From a virus: DNA of 64,000 nucleotides. The stretch lies in IMG/VR virus record IMGVR_UViG_3300005676_000004, one strand, 5' to 3'. Position numbers and translations under genes: made by a program. Below, in pieces: positions 62,330 through 64,000 of the stretch. How positions within the stretch are numbered: the first letter of the stretch is position 1; each line of letters opens with the position of its first letter. Under the pieces are notes generated by a model. That model made no database searches, was not told the DNA's origin, and worked only from the letters and a program-made list of their open reading frames with translations.

Positions 62330-62997
62330 TCATGTCAGGTTCAACAGAATTACTACTAAAACAAATCAGAAAGATTGTACGGGAAGAGGTTGAGATGGCG
62401 GTTGAGAAGATCGTCAACGAGAATGCCAACAAGGTTAAAAGCTCAATGGTTACGGTATTAAAGGAAGTTCTTGCTCTTAAGAAGAAACAACAAGGTGCTG
62501 TTAACGAAAACTCAAGTAAGAAATCGGAGCAATACCGAATTGCAGACATGTTGAATGTTCCTAAGAACACAAAAAATGTAAAATCTAATACTAAGAAGCC
62601 ATCTAGTAATGGTTCACTATTTGATGCTAAGCGCGATAATATGCCGAGTCAGATTGCTAGTATATTGAACGAGACTTTTGATGAGATTCGTTCGGGTAAG
62701 ACGGATCGAGTGATGGGAGATAATACTGGGCCTATGGCTATGATGGCTGACTATGGTCAGTATGACGACGTGGCTGGTTATTATCAAGAGGATCCATCTG
62801 CGTATATGAGTCAGGGAGGTAATGTCGATGACGGTACAATTTATATGACGTCAAATAACGTTCCAGGTGCCACGATTCATTCAATGTATTCTGACGACAT
62901 GCACGACGACTTTGATGTTGATCAGAATGTTAATGATCTGTTTGGAAAAGATTTTAAAGCTATTCTTGATAAGTCAATGACTATTAAGAGAGGATAA
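62326..62997 (+). CDS. conserved hypothetical protein (possibly virion)
   Basis: IRKIVREEV N-terminus, ILNET, acidic C-terminus. Confidence 0.65.
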   Translation: MIMSGSTELLLKQIRKIVREEVEMAVEKIVNENANKVKSSMVTVLKEVLALKKKQQGAVNENSSKKSEQYRIADMLNVPKNTKNVKSNTKKPSSNGSLFDAKRDNMPSQIASILNETFDEIRSGKTDRVMGDNTGPMAMMADYGQYDDVAGYYQEDPSAYMSQGGNVDDGTIYMTSNNVPGATIHSMYSDDMHDDFDVDQNVNDLFGKDFKAILDKSMTIKRG

Positions 62998-63016
62998 CGT
63001 AGTTAGGAGATAGATC

Positions 63017-63511
63017 ATGGCATTTAGGAGAAAGACGACAATTATCAATCCGGATAATGATCGTCGCAACCCAGAACAAGTTAAACCTATTGGGATTCTA
63101 ATACCGTTTAATAACCCTAATGGTATATTTCCATTGAGCTACACCACTCGAATGCAGATGTTTTCTAATTTGAAAAATTTGCTATTAACCGCGAAGGGAG
63201 AGCGATTCTTTCAACCAGACTTTGGTACTGACATAAAAGGTGTTCTCTTTGACAACATCACCGAGACTGAAGAATTTGAAAATCGTCTGCGGGGTGAAAT
63301 TGAAAGTGCTATTACGCTGTGGATGCCACATCTGATAATTCAATCCATTGATGTTAAGTTGAATGCTGACGAACTTGGTAGGGTGGACGACCCGTCACAT
63401 GCAGTCGCAATTTTTATAAATGTTTTGATTTCCGGTACGAACATATATGTTCCAGTTCGGCTATTTATATCGGAGAGTGCTGAACTTAGAGTAGAAGAAC
63501 TCGGGGTGTAA
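63017..63511 (+). CDS. gp25-like baseplate wedge / sheath initiator
   Basis: NLKNLLLT.KGERFFQPDFGT..LFD...I.LWMP.L.I..IDV. Confidence 0.88.
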   Translation: MAFRRKTTIINPDNDRRNPEQVKPIGILIPFNNPNGIFPLSYTTRMQMFSNLKNLLLTAKGERFFQPDFGTDIKGVLFDNITETEEFENRLRGEIESAITLWMPHLIIQSIDVKLNADELGRVDDPSHAVAIFINVLISGTNIYVPVRLFISESAELRVEELGV

Positions 63512-63516
63512 TTATC

Positions 63517-64000
63517 ATGGCAGATTTAGTAAAACGCGATATACGGTATCTCAATAGGGACTTTGGATCACTCCGACAGGCTCTCATTGATTTTACCAAA
63601 AACTACTTTCCAAATTCCTACCAAGACTTCAATGAATCATCTCCAGGTATGATGTTCATTGAAATGGCGGCTGCGGCTGGAGACGTATTGTCTTACTATA
63701 CTGACGTAGCACTTCAAGAGGGTATGATTCTCAACGCTAACGAGCGTCAAAACATCTTCAATATTGCTCAATCTCTCGGCTACACGCCAAAGACTTCAGT
63801 AGCCGCTAACGTTACGCTAGAAGTATTTCAGATAGTTCCAGCCATAGGTAGTGGTACAAACAATCGTCCAGATTGGAACTATGCTGTAGCAGTTGAACCT
63901 GGTATGCGTGTCGGGCATAACAAAAATTCCGACATTGAATTTAGAACTATTGACTATCTAGATTTTAGGTTTAGTAGTAGTTTTGACCCTACTGAAGTTA
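63517..64000 (+). CDS. gp6-like baseplate wedge protein, partial (runs off right edge)
   Basis: Hand-translated MADLVKRDIRYLNRDFGSLRQALIDFTKNYFPNSYQDFNESSPGMMFIEMAAAAGDVLSYY..A..LGYTP. Confidence 0.88.
   Translation, partial: MADLVKRDIRYLNRDFGSLRQALIDFTKNYFPNSYQDFNESSPGMMFIEMAAAAGDVLSYYTDVALQEGMILNANERQNIFNIAQSLGYTPKTSVAANVTLEVFQIVPAIGSGTNNRPDWNYAVAVEPGMRVGHNKNSDIEFRTIDYLDFRFSSSFDPTEV

Noticed and set aside
1-64000. Stop-codon reassignment as in some huge phages
   Set aside because: Known genes are full length under code 11, genes end in TAA, TGA and TAG, and coding density is high

Overview
64 kb piece of a large T4-like (myovirus-type) phage genome, roughly 40% GC by eye, standard genetic code, densely coding. 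The first ~49 kb is an accessory/early region of about 105 mostly small genes (mainly minus strand 1-19.3 kb, plus strand from 19.4 kb). It is dominated by tandem and dispersed paralog families. Recognisable products there include two C5 DNA methyltransferases, an RNA ligase, a class II nucleotidyltransferase-like protein, a phosphodiester glycosidase, HExxH peptidases, an XRE regulator, an AT-hook protein and lipoproteins. The last ~15 kb is core: lysozyme-like protein, ThyX, Hsp20, ClpP, a gp55-like sigma factor, a baseplate hub-like protein, a CHAP-domain tail protein, and gp25- and gp6-like baseplate proteins. No tRNA, CRISPR array, integrase or reverse transcriptase was seen. Most notable non-coding signals: (1) a canonical bacterial parS site (TGTTCCACGTGAAACA, 14326-14341), with no parAB in the window, beside a long structured element and a catalytically degenerate HTH-HNH gene; (2) seven ECF-sigma-type promoter motifs (GTGWAWC-N16-CGT, SigW/SigX-like) just upstream of genes, alongside sigma70-like promoters and a TATTTAT late-promoter candidate; (3) a G-run/palindrome-rich spacer at 23.83-24.08 kb; (4) two operator-like palindrome sets; (5) gene arrays with conserved junctions and variable cores. 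The host is probably in the FCB group (inference). All calls come from motif recognition by eye; no database search was run.
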